This document shows positions 11,901 through 25,489 of a stretch of DNA of 64,000 bases, piece after piece. Location of the stretch: the NCBI GenBank assembly GCA_963514005.1, contig OY740800.1, forward strand, positions 44,826,001 through 44,890,000, given 5' to 3'. Origin of the DNA: Raja brachyura. Taxonomy: Eukaryota. The notes under the pieces were generated by a model, which saw only the letters and a list, made by a program, of their open reading frames with translations, was not told the DNA's origin and searched no databases. Made by a program: the position numbers and the translations under genes. How positions within the stretch are numbered: the stretch's first letter is position 1; every line of letters starts with the position of its first letter.

Positions 11901-12759
11901 ATTCCTCATTACTGAAATCAGAGCTGTGATTCCTCATATTCTTGAACACTGCTTTCTTGCCAGCAGAAATGCCAGCTCATATACTCTGCTGCCTCTCAGA
12001 TTCTCCACTAGACACTAACAGGACTTGTTTGGTTCCATTAAACAAAAGTTGTACGGATTTTAGGGACTGTGAATGCATGCAACCGATCTTATCTGTTTTT
12101 CAACACTGAAGTGCAAAACAAATTGTTGAATGAAATGCACTGGTTGACTAGCTGGTGAAGTTAAATCCAAAGTAATACTTATTTACCTTCCTCTGTTCCA
12201 CATTGGTCACTATTCCTGGCTCGGAGGGTGCTTTGCTCTGTCTCTTTCTGCCTCTTCCCCATCATCAACTTCCCCTCCCCTTTTCAACTCCATTTTGGCT
12301 GAGAGGCTATTAGGATGAGAATGGTTTGGATTGCTTTATCCCCTTCAGAAATCTGCCTTGTGGAAAACCTTACGTTCTGTTATTCTGTTGTATAAAAAGT
12401 GATATTTCAATCCTTTTGAGTTATCAAATTGATAATCAAACAGGTACTGTTGGAAATATATTGCACATTGATTAAGTGAACAGTATAAATTAATAATTAC
12501 GGTGTGGATAAGGTGAATAGTCTTTTTCCCTGGGTAAGGGTGGGGTGTCTAAAACTACAAGGCATAGGTTTATGGTGTCATTTAATTAATTTATCAATCT
12601 CCCTCCTGTGCTCTGACTTATTTGTCCTAAAACTCTGGAATCGTTGGTGAATTTAAGGGTGGACTGAAGAACCCGTTTCCTTGCTTTATGGCTCTATGAC
12701 TCAATATTTCTGTTCGAAATGTCAATGCATCAGTAATTAATTCTGCTTTTTTTCCCCAG

Positions 12760-12811
12760 TGTCTTTGACGATGAAAATATTAACCTCCGACAGCAGAAGT
12801 TGGAGAAACAG
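12760..12811 (+). CDS. TULP3: TULP3 exon 2 (SVFDDENINLRQQKLEKQ)
   Basis: Polypyrimidine tract plus CAG, GT donor; N-terminal IFT-A-binding helix of the tubby family. Confidence 0.92.
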
Positions 12812-14249
12812 GTATAATATTGTTGAAGACTAAATGAAAATTTGCAACCTGATTTATCTTCTGTTCAATCAATACTGACAGATTTGGCCACTTTTCACTG
12901 CCATTTATTGCTGTAGCTGTTTTATGAAAAGGCTTTTGGTTCCTTTTAATTGACCATGTGTACTGTGCAATTTGTTTTATTGCCTATGCTTTTAAGATTA
13001 TGTTATTGGGTAAAAATTGAAATAACACAGATGTAGTTTAAAAATAAAGGTGAATAAATGATACCAAATATGAGTAAAACAAAAAAAATATTGAGACTAA
13101 TTGTTGTGAGAAGCAAGAGGTGACTCTTGTGTCAGGCTACCACAGTCTTTGTGTTTAATGAACTCGGTGTTGTTCGGTAGTAAATTCTAGTTCCTGACAC
13201 GGGGTTTTGATACTTCAGCTTCTTGTACAGGCTTGATGTTGAAGAGGAAAGAGCACCTGTAATTATTTTCTCAACATCACATTTGTTCCTGTTGATGCTC
13301 TGGCTGAGCAAAATGGATGGAAGCAATGTAAATAACTCAGTTATTTGCTGCATGAACTCGCTGAGTAATCCTGAACATCTTGACTTGTCCTGGTAACAAA
13401 GATATGGTTCATCGTTTAAGTTACTGTCACAATTGCGTGCAGTTACTTCAAGGGAAAGAACAAATAGGCTAATTTGTTATCCAACAAAGATCTTTAAAAG
13501 TATTAAAGGTTGACACAGATGGATTTGGGAGATGTCTTGATCATGCTCCTAGGTAGAGTGGATGTGGACAGGATATTTACATTAATGGGAGAGTCTAGGA
13601 TCAGAGGGTGCAGCCTCAGAATAAAAGGACGTATTTGGAATGGGGATGAGGAGGAATTTCTCTAGACAGAAAGTGGTAAATATGTAGAATTCATGGTAGA
13701 GGTCAAGTCATCAGGTATTTTTAAAGCAGAGATGAATAGGTTCTTGATTAGTATGGGAGTCAAAGGTCATGGGGAGAAAGCAGGAGAATCGGGCTGGGAG
13801 GGAAAATAGATCAGCCATGATTGATTTGTGGAGCAGACTCGATGGACAGAATGGCCTAATTCATCTCCTCTGTCATATCATCATATGGATATGGATACAA
13901 ATGCCGCATAACTCTAAAGTAGTTATGAAGAAATCAAGTGGGGAATTCAGTAGAAGCGGGAGGGTGGATGCACTGAGGCAAATGATGATAGATGTATTTA
14001 AGCAAAGACTGATGAGGGTGGTTGGATGGAAGTTCAAGAATAGATATAATACACTTCTTGGAAGGGATGGTCTGCTTTTTGCAACTTTGGGGGGATAATT
14101 CCATGTAAGATGAATGTAATTCTTCAAAGACGATTGTCTCGTAATCAAGTTTCTGTTTGCGAGAATGTTATTAATGTTAGTTCTTGAACTTCTCTTTCTT
14201 GTACTTAGCAAACACATTTCTAAACTGATCCACTTTTTTTTTTCTCTAG

Positions 14250-14412
14250 CGTGCATTGTTGGAACAAAAGCAGAGGAAGAAACGGCAGGACCTTCTCATG
14301 GTTCAGCCCAACCATGAAGCCAAGCCACGGAGGTTGAAGCCAAAGCGATGTGAGGAGCAATCCCCATTAGTAGAGTCCCCAAACACTATCACCACCCACA
14401 GGATACTGGATG
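14250..14412 (+). CDS. TULP3: TULP3 exon 3 ([21 protein letters not shown]...)
   Basis: Tubby-family motif; TAG acceptor, GTTAGT donor; 163 nt. Confidence 0.95.
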
Positions 14413-14616
14413 GTTAGTAACGTATACTTCACATAATCCCTTTCTTAAAGATCATGTACTCCATCCTGGCATGGATAAGAAGCTGTTTGTGCTGTATAAT
14501 ATTATCCAATTTATAATAATATCATTAAAACGATGAAAAAGTAATGCTTTTGAACTTGAAAGAGTTCATGTGTAAGGCAAGTGTGTATGTTCACCGTTGC
14601 TGGGCAAATGGATGTT

Positions 14617-14847
14617 ATCTCACTTTCTCATCCACTCCCCACACACTAGGAACAACTCACAGAGGCCAATTAACCTATAAACCCGCATGTCTTTGGGATG
14701 TGGGAGGAAACCGGGGCACCCGGAGGAAACCCCACGCAGCCACAGGGAGAAAATGCAAACTCTACATAGACGACACCTGAGGTCAGAATCAAACCCGATC
14801 TCTAGCATCATGAGGTAGCAGCTCCACCCGCTGCGCCACTGTGCCAC
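14617..14847 (-). mobile_element. V-SINE (HE1-like)
   Basis: Same A/B box and V-domain as the other copies. Confidence 0.75.
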
Positions 14848-15814
14848 ATTAGTTTATGTGAGGGTGGGTGTGGAACACTGGATGTTCTACACTTGTTATT
14901 GGAAAGTTTCAAAATCATAAGTGTACTCAAAGGCAAAAGTAGACATGTGCTTGAATTTGTAACCATGAAAGGAATAGCATCCCATTTATTAGGGTAGATC
15001 TCCCACTAGGTCACGTTGGTGATTGTCACCCACGCAGGCATATTATTTATCCCAGTGTGGATTAGAGTGCAGCCTCTACTGGGAGTCCAGCTCTCTGTGT
15101 GGCACAACTGGCTTGGTGCACAGACCGTGCCTCACCAGCTGTGAATCTGGCGTATTAATTGAATATTTCTTAATATCCTTGACACTTGTTCACCTGATTC
15201 CTCTTTTGTGCCTGACTGGATAATCATAATGAGATAAAGGTTTTGTTGACGTACCTGTTTCTCATTAACACAATTCCCCATATTTCAGGACTCGAGTGCT
15301 TTGTGTTAGCATTCAGCAATTATTTACCTTCTCCAGATGGTGTTGTGTTTAATAAAAGACACAAAGTAACTCAGCGGTCAGGCAGCATCTGTGGAGAACT
15401 TGGGGAAGGAAACTACCCAATACTTATTCTATGGAGTTATTTTGCTCAAATGTTTTAAATGCTATAAACTAATACTGGAGTGGAGTGTGCCATTTTTTAG
15501 CTTAGAGAGGTTTGCTGTGGATAAGCCATAATGTTTCAACCAGTTTAAGGTGGCATAAAACTGGGTTATTATTATATCTACCAATATAGTGGAAAGCTGT
15601 TTTGTGTGCAATTTGGTCAAACCATACTATATAACAGTACAATCATGCTATACACTAGTATAGCAGATTGTTTAAAAAGTGAAAGGAAAATAGGTTGCAG
15701 AATATAGTGTTACAGCTACAGAGAAAGTGCAGGGAACAAAATGTGAGATTGGGAATACGTCCATAGTTTATGGCAGGTCCGTTGAAGAGTCTAAAAACAG
15801 CAGGGAAGAAAGAA

Positions 15815-17714
15815 GGTTACACAAAAAGCTGGAGAAACTCAGCGGGTGCAGCAGCATCTAAGGAGCGAAGGAGATAGGCGACGTTTCGGGTCGAGACCCT
15901 TCTTCAGACTGGTCAGGGATCAGGGAAACGAGAGATATAAACAGTGATGTGGAGAGATAAGGAACAATGAGTGAAAGATATGCAAAAAAGTATTGGTGAC
16001 AAAGGAAGCAGGCCATTGTAAGCTGTTTGTGGTGTGAAAATGAGAAGCTAGTGCGACTGGGGAGGGGGGGGGGAGATGGAGAAGGAATGTCAGGGCCAGA
16101 GGGCTGAGGGAGAGGTGGGGGGGAGGCAGTCTGGGTTAACAGAATTGAGAAAATTCAATGTTTAAGCCCAGAGGATGCAGACTCCCCAAGCGGAATATGA
16201 GGTGCTGTTCCTCCAACTTGCGGTGTTGATCACTCTGGCCGTGGAGGAGGCCCAGGACCGAGAGGTCGGATACGCAGTGGGAGGGGGAGTTGAAGTGCTG
16301 AGCCACCGGGAGGTCGGGTTGGTTATTGCGGACCGAGCGGAGGTGTTCGGCGAAACGATCGCCCAGCCTCCGCTTGGTCTCACCGATGTAGATCAGCTGG
16401 CATCTGAAGCAACGGATGCAGTAGATGAGGTTGGAGGAGGTGCAGGTGAACCTCTGTCGTTTCCACTACAAACCAACTGACTCCCACAGCTACCTGGACT
16501 ACTCTTCCTCCCACCCTGCTTCCTGTAAGGACTCCATCCCCTATTCCCAATTCCTCCGTCTACGCCGCATCTGCTCCCAGGATGACGTGTTCCACACCAG
16601 GTCATCGCAAATGTCCTCGTTCTTCAGAGAACGGGGTTTCCCCTCCCCCACTATAGATGAGGCTCGCACCAGGGTCTCCTCCATACCCCGCAACACTGCC
16701 CTCTCTCCCCATTCCCCCACTCACAACAAGGGCCGAGTCCCCCTGGTCCTCACCTTTCACCCCACCAGCCAGCGCATACAACAGATAGTCCTCCGCCAGT
16801 TTCGTCACCTCCAACGTGACCCCTCCACTCGCCACATCTTCCCATCTCCCCCCCTGTCTGCCTTCCGCAAAGACCGCTCCCTCCGCAACTCCCTCGTCAA
16901 TTCTTCCCTTCCCTCCCGCTCCACTCCTTCCCCGGGCACTTTCCCTTGCAACCGCAAGAGATGCTACACTTGTCCCTTCACCTCCCCCATCCACTCCTTT
17001 CAGGGACCCAAGCAGTCATTCCAAGTCCGACAGAGGTTCACCTGCACCTCCTCCAACCTCATCTACTGCATCCGTTGCTCCAGATGCCAGCTGATCTACA
17101 TCGGTGAGACCAAGCGGAGGCTGGGCGATCGTTTCGCCGAACACCTCCGCTCGGTCCGCAATAACCAACCCGACCTCCCGGTGGCTCAGCACTTCAACTC
17201 CCCCTCCCACTGCGTATCCGACCTCTCGGTCCTGGGCCTCCTCCACGGCCAGAGTGATCAACACCGCAAGTTGGAGGAACAGCACCTCATATTCCGCTTG
17301 GGGAGTCTGCATCCTCTGGGTTCAAACATTGAATTTTCTCAATTCTGTTAACCCAGACTGCCTCCCCCCCACCTCTCCCTCAGCCCTCTGGCCCTGACAT
17401 TCCTTCTCCATCTCCCCCCCCCCCCCCCTCCCCAGTCGCACTAGCTTCTCATTTTCACACCACAAACAGCTTACAATGGCCTGCTTCCTTTGTCACCAAT
17501 ACTTTTTTGCATATCTTTCACTCATTGTTCCTTATCTCTCCACATCACTGTTTATATCTCTCGTTTCCCTGATCCCTGACCAGTCTGAAGAAGGGTCTCG
17601 ACCCGAGACGTCGCCTATCTCCTTCGCTCCTTAGATGCTGCTGCACCCGCCGAGTTTCTCCAGCTTTTTGTGTAACCCTCGATTCTCCAGCATCTGCAGT
17701 TCCTTCTTTAACAA
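15815..17714 (+). mobile_element. 5'-truncated Penelope-like retroelement with inverted terminal duplication
   Basis: 15815-16459 is the reverse complement of 17028-17677; unpaired tail of about 37 nt; TSD cagggaagaaagaag at 15801-15815 and 17715-17729. Confidence 0.93.
16460..17351 (+). pseudogene. Penelope ORF C-terminal part (RT thumb plus GIY-YIG endonuclease), 5' truncated
   Basis: YKPTDSHSYLDYSSSHP...IPYSQFLRLRRICS and NLIYCIRCSRCQLIYIGETKRRLGDRFAEH; open frame but lacks the RT core. Confidence 0.9.
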
Positions 17715-18175
17715 CAGGGAAGAAAGAAGCTGTTCTTGAATCTGCTAGTGCATACTTTCAAGCTTCTGCCTGACAGGAGAGGGGGGGAAGAGAGAATGCT
17801 CAGGGTGTGAATGGTCCTTAATTATGCTGGCTACTTTCACAGGAAGCGAGGATGTAATTCACAGGGCCAGACGGGTTTGCACGATGGACTGAGCTGCGTC
17901 CACATCTACCTGCGATTTCTTGAGCTGTTGAGCAGAGCAGTTGCTAATCCAAGCTGTGATGCATCCCAATAGGATGCTGTCTGTTGATGGCGCACATGGA
18001 ACCAGGTGCACCTGGTGTTCCCTGTTAATGTTCAAGTGAGAAGTGAAAGACAGTACTTAAGCAATTTTGTTTTCACAAGAAATAATATAACAAATGGAAT
18101 CATTTGCATCGTTTTTCCATGGCTTGTGGATGAATTTGTCCATGTATATGTTGACATGACTAATATGAATTAGTC

Positions 18176-18470
18176 ACGGTGGCGCAGACGTAGAGTTGCT
18201 GCCTCACAGCTCCAGAGGCCCGGGTTCAATCCTGACTACAGGTGCTGTCTGTACGGAGTTTGTACGTTCTCCACGTGTCCTCCGTGGATTTTCACCAAGA
18301 TCTTCGGTTACTTCCCACACTCCAAAGACATACAGGTTTGTGGGTTAATTGGCTTGGTATATTTATAAATTGTCCCAAGTGTGTGCAGGACAGTGTTAGT
18401 GTGCGGGGATCACTGGTCGGGTGGGCCGAAGGGCCTGTTTCCGTGCTGTATCTCTAAACTAAATTAAATT
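18176..18470 (+). mobile_element. V-SINE (HE1-like)
   Basis: ggtggcgcag A box, ggttcaatcc B box, V-domain, tail gggccgaagggcctgtttccgtgctgtatctctaaactaaa. Confidence 0.85.
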
Positions 18471-19968
18471 AGTATTAGAAAGAAAGGAAAACTATTTTTT
18501 TGGCAGGTGCGCTAATTTTTTTTTGCTATTATTTAAATCAGCGGAAGGAGATAGAAAGAAACCCGACGTGGGACTTCCTCTTGAAAAATCCTTACGGCCA
18601 GACAGAAGGAAAAATTCGCGAGGAGGTAACAAATTGGACAGAGATATCGAAAGGGACAAAGGCGAACCAGGTTAGCTTCAAAACCCTGAAAGCTGCTACT
18701 ATTTGATTGCCATAAAAGTCGAATTGTTTAAATCTGGATCTTTCATTGTTGTGTGTCCCTCCTCGGAATACGAGATAACTCTGTAATCTCTCAAGACTCT
18801 AGAGCACTTTATTGTCATATGTCTTGAAATGGAACAATTAAATTCATATCTGCAGCTACCCACTTAGTACCCCGTTCCTGCCTTCTCCCCATATCCCCTG
18901 ACTCCGCTGTCTTTAAGAGCCCTATCTAGCTCTCTCTTGAAAGTATCCAGAGCACCGGCCTCCACCACCCTCTGAGGCAGAGAATTCCACAGACTCACAA
19001 CTCTCTGTGTGAAAAAGTGTTTCCTCATCTCTGTTCTAAATGGCTTGCCCCTTATTCTTAAACTGTGGCCCCTGGTTCTGGACTCCCCCCAACATCGGGA
19101 ACACGTTTCCCATCTCTAGCCGGGATCTAGAGTGTCGGGGAAGGAAAAAGCCAAGGAGACACAAAGAGCCACAGATTTTGGAACCAAGTGCTGGAGAAAC
19201 TCGTCAGGTCAGGCAGCAAGTTCACTCACCTGGTGCCATCTACAGCTATTCAAGGAAAGACACAAAATGCTGGAGTAACTCAGCTGGTCAGGTAGCAACC
19301 CTGGAGAACATGAATAGGCGATGTTTTGGGTCGGGACACTTCCTGTCAATCTGAAACGTCACCTACCCGTGTTCTCCAGGGATGCTGCCTCACCTGCTGA
19401 GTTACTCCAGCATTTCGTGTCTTTCCTTGGTAAACCAGCATCGGCAGATCCTTGTTGCTACAGCTATTCAGTTGTATTACTTCTGGCATATGTAACCGAG
19501 TTACATGAAGGTAGACAAAAATGCTGGAGAAACTCAGTTGGTGAGGCAGTATCCATGGAGGGAAGGAATAGGTGACCTTTTCTTCAGACTGATGTGGGGG
19601 GAGGGGGGGGGGGGGGGTGGGAGGGCAGGAAGAAGATAAGAAGAAGCGGAGACAGTAGGCTGTGGGAGAGCTGGGAAGAGGAGGGGAAGGAGGGAGAAAG
19701 CAAGGGCTACCTGAAATTGGAGAAGTCAATGTTCATACCTCTGGGGTGTAAACTGAGTTACTTGATCACTTTTCTAACAAGCAAGTCGCAGGAACTTTAT
19801 GTTCATTGATTTTGGAGTGCATTTGTAAGTAAGCTGGATGGTATTAAATGGCGTATCATGCAAAAAGCCTCAAGCACTGTGGAGGTGTTGAATTATTATA
19901 GGACAAGTGATCCTCAATGTTAAACATTATTATGTCGCACTAACATAAGATTGCTTCCACCCCTGCAG

Positions 19969-20130
19969 ATATTGATGGGCCAGGATTCTTAATGAACAAT
20001 GATGTGCACGATGTTGGCAACAGACTCCAAACCCTTTCTGTTGGTGATTCATTGTCAGCAAATCATGATGTTGAAGCACTTTTGGAAACTCCAACAAAAC
20101 CAGAAATCCAAGAAATAATGGAACAAAGAG
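19969..20130 (+). CDS. TULP3: TULP3 exon 4 (DIDGPGFLMNND...EIMEQR)
   Basis: IDGP motif as in TULP3; phase 1-1, 162 nt. Confidence 0.9.
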
Positions 20131-20244
20131 GTAGGGAAGATTCCTTGGTGCTACATAGAACAGTTCAGATCAGATTCCAATTAAATGCATCTGATCTCAC
20201 ATACATATTTTTGCATTTTATTCCCTTAATAATAAATGAGAATC

Positions 20245-20540
20245 ACTGGTGCAGCTGGTAGAGCTGCTGCCCACAGCGCCAGAGACCCAGGTTTGATCCT
20301 GACCTAGGGTGCTGAGTATGTGGAGTTTGCACGTTCTCCCTATGACCACGTGGGTTTCCACCGGGTGCTCCGGTTTCCTCCCAATTCCCTAAGATGTGCA
20401 GGTTTGTAGGTTAATTGGCCTCTGTAAATTGCCTCTAGTGTGTAGGGAGTGGATGAGAAAGTGGGATAACGTAAAACTAGTGTGAACGGGTGAGAATGGA
20501 CACAGTGGGTTGAAGGGTCTGTTTCCATGCTGCATCTTTC
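20245..20540 (+). mobile_element. V-SINE (HE1-like)
   Basis: Same structure as the other copies. Confidence 0.8.
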
Positions 20541-20801
20541 CATCAATCTTCTGACAACTTTCCCCATTGCTTGTTGTAACTGCATGTCAAACCACATCCC
20601 TCTTCAACACACAGCTCAGCAATTTCTTACCTTTCAGGACGAGACTTTCACAGTTTCTCACGTTATGGCCCATTTGACACATTCCTGCCCCATCTATCCA
20701 CATCCCTCATGAAGGCCAAACTCTGTGGATCAGTTTCCTGAAGCGATTGGCTGCAGTCACATAAAGAATGCCGTGATTCTCAAACGGTTTGTGTTGAAAT
20801 A

Positions 20802-21298
20802 TAGAAACATAGAAAAATAGGTGCAGGAGTAGGCCACTCGGCCCTTCGAGCCTGCAGCGCCAATCAATATGGTCATGGCTGATCATCCAACTCAGTATCC
20901 CGTACCTGCCTTCTCTCCATACCCCCTGATCCCTTTAGCCATAAGTGCCACATCCAACTCCCTCGTGAATATAGCCAATGAAATGGCCTCAACGACCTTC
21001 TGTGGCAGAGAATTCCAGAGACTCACCACTCTCTGTGTAAAGAATGTTTTCCTCATCTTGGTCCTAAAGGAATTCCCCCTTATCCTTAGACTGTGACCCC
21101 TTGTTCTGGACTCCCCCAACATCAGGAACAATCTTCCTGCATCTAGCTTGTCCAACCCCTTAAGAATTTTGTAAGTTTCTATAAGATCCCCCCTCAATCT
21201 TCTAAATTCCAGTGAGTACAAGCCGAGTCCATCCAGTCTTTTTTCATATGAAAGTCCTGCCATCCCAGGAATCAGTCTGGTGAACCTTCTCTGAACCC
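20802..21298 (-). mobile_element. CR1 LINE 3' fragment
   Basis: LGLYSLEFRRLRGDLIETYKIL...TRGHSLRI...FFTQRVVSLWNSLP, typical CR1 ORF2 C-terminus. Confidence 0.92.
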
Positions 21299-21927
21299 CT
21301 TGTATGCATTATTGAAGAAAATAACATAATGCCTAGTTGTGCTCATGGATCTAAAATATGAAATGATGGAGTGGTTTAAAGAAGCAAACCTGAAAAAGCA
21401 AAGGAGGAATACTGTGCTAGAATAAATTGTTATTTTTAATGTAAACATGTAAATGTACACCACATGAGAAGGAATTTTGGCTCACAAAGCCTGTGCCGAC
21501 TATGATGCCAATTTTAACCGCCAACTACCTGCATGAGTCGTATCGCCCTCCGTTGTGTGTGTGTGTGTCTCAATACATCAAACAAATGTCAGAACATTTC
21601 CTTATCTCTATATCTCCCTCTCTCCTGATTCAATCTAAAGAAGGGTCTCGACCTGAAACGTCACCCATTCCTTCTATCCAGAGACGCTGCCTGTCCTGCT
21701 GAGTTACTCCAGCATTTTGTGTCTATCTTCGGTCAGTATACATTTTACAGGTTTTCAAAGCAACCTCGTTCTCTCCCGCCTTGGACAAACCTCAACCAAT
21801 TTGGTGACTCTTGAACAAAAGCATTACAAGGTCATGATGATCTATATCAAGTGTATTTTATTTTGCGCAGCAGCCTTTATTTAACACAATTAAATATTTA
21901 ACTGTTCATTTATTTTTTTAAATTTAG

Positions 21928-22046
21928 GAATCTCTGGAAGCATGAACTTCGAAGAAGAAGATGACGGGGAGAATGATAATACTTCGGGCTCTCAGAGTTA
22001 TGAAAATGTCAGGCCCTCGTCTGCCAGCAGTAAACAGTCCTTCAAG
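21928..22046 (+). CDS. TULP3: TULP3 exon 5 (GISGSMNFEEE...RPSSASSKQSFK)
   Basis: GISxSxNFD/E and RPxSASS motifs; phases consistent. Confidence 0.92.
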
Positions 22047-23207
22047 GTGATAGATTACTTCCACTTTAGATGGAGGTTTTGTTGATTCAATTACTTTTAG
22101 GATGAGGAGAAATGTCTTTAGTCAGAGGGTGGTGAATCTGTGAAACTCTTTGCCTCAGAAGGTTGTGGAGGCCAGGTCAGCGTATATTATTAAGGCAGAG
22201 ATAGATTCTTGATTAGTACAGGTGTCGGAGGTTATGGGGAGAAGGCACGAGAATGGGGTTAGGAGGGAGAGATAGATCAGCCATGTTTGAATGGCAGAGT
22301 AGACGATGGGTCAAATTGCCTAATTCTACTCCTGTCATGTGTCCTTTTGACTTTTAGACAAAGAGCTAGGCATTTCCCTGGCTGTTCCCTGGCTGACCAC
22401 TCAGCAGGTCGGGTAGTAACTGGAGACAAGGAATAGGCGATGTTTCGGGTCAAACCCTTCTTCGTGGAGCAAGTCGGGGTTAAAACATGGTCGTAGAGCC
22501 AGGGGGCAGATGGAATCACAGAGGGGGAGCAGTGAGAGAGGGTTTTGCAGAATTCCAGTCGGAGAGAAGTAGGCATACTCTTCAAAGTCTGCTCCACTGC
22601 AAAAGCTCCTCTAGGCAAGCCGTCTTTGAAGAGGTTTTCCTCCTCCTGATGGGAGTTCCATGAGACTCCCTCTCACTGCCCCCTCCCTTTGTGATTCCTA
22701 CTGCTCTACGGTCTACGAACACGTTTTAACCCAAACTGGCTACACGGAGAAGGGTTCTGGCCCGAAACGTCGCCTATTCCTTTTCTCTAGTGATGCTGCT
22801 TGACCCACTGTTACTCCAGCATTTTGTGTCCACTTCTGTATCCATCCACCTGAGATAGACGAGGGATATGTGGAGAAGGCAGGCACCGGTTATTTATTGT
22901 GAACAATCAGCCATGATCACAATGAATGGCGGTGCTGGCTCGAAGGGCCGAATGGTCTCCTCCTGCACCTATTTTCTGTGTTTCTATGTTGTAATGGCAA
23001 CGGAGTCATGGGATATGGGGAGAAGGCAGGAACGGGGTACTGATTGGGGATGATCAGCCATGATCACATTGAATGGTGGTGCTGGCTCGAAGAGCCGAAT
23101 GGCCTACTCATGCACCTGTCTATTGGCTCTTATATTGGCATACAATTCCAGGCAGCCATGGGTGAGTTAATGTATACAACATTGAGGTCTTCCCTCATGG
23201 TTTGCAG

Positions 23208-23402
23208 GAACCAACTGCTGCCTCTCTCCCGTCTCCTGGATCTGGCTTAAACTTGGACGTGGACAACTTGGAGGAATTTGCACTAAGACCTGCCCCCCGG
23301 GGAATAACGATCCAGTGCAGGATTACCCGGGACAAGAAGGGAGTGGACCGTGGTCTGTACCCAACCTACTTCATGCACCTCGAACGGGACGATGGCAAGA
23401 AG
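23208..23402 (+). CDS. TULP3: TULP3 exon 6 (start of tubby domain)
   Basis: [39 protein letters not shown]; GTGAGG donor. Confidence 0.96.
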
Positions 23403-24346
23403 GTGAGGCGACCCTAGCTGACACTTAAATGGAAGCAAAACAGACAGTGATTCAGCAGCTCCAACAGTCTTCACAGCATCTTTCAAAAGTTTCACTAGTT
23501 CCGCTATAACTGGCTGGTTCCCTTTCTACATAGAGAGAAGTTTACGCTGTAATCTGTCCACACTTTATCTGCAAACATGGCATCTTGGTGCAAGTTCAGT
23601 TGTGCAAGTTAAAGGGGATGTATATCAAGGGATAAGCCAGCAAAACTATGCATCCAAGAATCAAGAGTGTTTTATTGTCGTATGTCCTAGATAGAACAAT
23701 CAAATTCATTATGAATTGGATTTTACATGGCAGGCATATTGCTTTGCATGAGTTTGGTAAGGTAGTAATTAGGATAAATCAAATACAAAATGGGTATAAG
23801 GAACATGCTGCCAGAGGAGGTAGTTGAGGCAGATGCTGTAACATAGAAAAACACTTGTATAGGTACATGGATAAACAGGTTTAGAGGGATATGGGCCAAA
23901 CGCAGGCAGGTGGGACTCATGTAGATGAAACATTTTGTTCGGCATAGGCAGGTTGGGCAGAGGGGCCTGTTTCTGTGCTGCAATATGCTGTCGTTGTAGA
24001 TGAGTGTTTTTGCGCGCTGTCACGGAGGCTAAGTGTTGTCATCTGGCAGTGTAGAGAGAGAGAGAGAGAGAGCGCTTCATTCTGCATCTGACAGACTTGT
24101 GAACTCTCCCAGCTACCCAGGATGTGAAGGGATGATTATCCAAATTGTGACTGTGTTGGAAACATCTGAGACTCTATGCCATTAGTATGCAAGGCTGCAT
24201 CTTGCAGCACTGAGTCACCCTTTTAGCAAATTACCCAATCCTCTTGAAAGAGCAGAATGATTATTTTGCTGGAAACTGAAGCGGGTTAAAGTGAAGAGAT
24301 TGACTATGATAAGCACAAAGTTCTAAATAAACTTTTCTTTTCACAG

Positions 24347-24459
24347 GTGTTTTTATTAGCTGGAAGAAAAAGAAAAAAAAGCAAAACGTCCAATTATTTA
24401 ATATCGGTTGATGCAACAGATTTATCACGGGAAGCTGAGAGCTACATAGGGAAATTAAG
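24347..24459 (+). CDS. TULP3: TULP3 exon 7
   Basis: [38 protein letters not shown]; 113 nt. Confidence 0.97.
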
Positions 24460-25489
24460 GTAGGTGCATTTGGATGAGTTGGTGGTATGTACTATATTTT
24501 ATATAGTCCAGTACATATGATATTGAGCTAAAGCCAAAGTGCAAGAAGGGCCAGGCACCATCTGTGGAGGGAATGGATAGGTGACGTTTCAGGTTTGGAC
24601 TGATATGGGCTAGGCGCGGGCCACCTTAGTTGGGGCATCTTGGTTGGCATGGACAATTTGGGCTAAAGGGTCTATTTCCATGCTGAATGACCAGATATTT
24701 AGAGCCACTACTTTCACTCCCCTCTATGCAAATGAGAATTCCACAGTCCTCCAACTTTTTGACAATTTTTTTAAAATTCCATCTCAATTGCATTGTCTTA
24801 AATAGGCAAATGCTTATTTTCAAACAGTGACCCCAAGATTTAGATTCTTCCACAAGAATAAATGTCCTTGCTACATCCACCTTGTTAAAAACACTCAGGA
24901 TCTTGGCTTTCTGTCAAGTCCCTCAACTTACTTTGCTAATTGCCTGACTATTCTTTCTTCATTAGACACCCCATGTGTTACAAGTATCAGTGTAGTACAT
25001 ATACACCCAAACAGGTCTAGGGTGCCGTAACCCTGGAGTGTCCACAGAAAGATGTACTGTAATTGTTCTAGGGATAAGAGGCGTTGGCTAAATGGATGGA
25101 CTGCAAAGGCTTCCTAGAATAGAAACATTTACAATGTGATTTCCATGAAGTGATCAAAATTCAGGCAAAGTGAAACTGTTTTCATTGATATAAGGATTGA
25201 TAATCTGAGGACTTGGCTTAAAGGTGAATGGCAAATGAACTAAAGGTGACACAAAAAAAAATCCCATTTCCAGAGTTTATGATCTGAAATTCGTTGCCTA
25301 AAAGAGTGGTCAAAGCTGTTTCAACGGTGACATGTTAAAAGGAATTGGAATCAAAATAAATGATTCCTGTGGGAAACATGCTGAGAAATTGATTATTCTT
25401 GCAAACAATTAGAATGATCCCGTGCTGTAATGTTCTCATTCTACTGGACTCAATCGGGACGTGGTTCTCTTCCTGAACCTCAAAGGTTT

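Noticed and set aside
16425-17351. 308-aa ORF as a host or domesticated GIY-YIG nuclease gene
   Set aside because: Its start lies in the inverted arm (TTG) and it is the truncated end of a Penelope with TSD; no promoter or splicing evidence
18176-18245. tRNA-like A/B boxes as tRNA genes
   Set aside because: They are SINE heads followed by V-domain and CR1 tail, repeated more than ten times
20802-23125. Oppositely oriented CR1 ends flanking TULP3 exon 5 as a circRNA or skipping signal
   Set aside because: Inverted TE pairs are expected by chance at this repeat density and the copies are diverged
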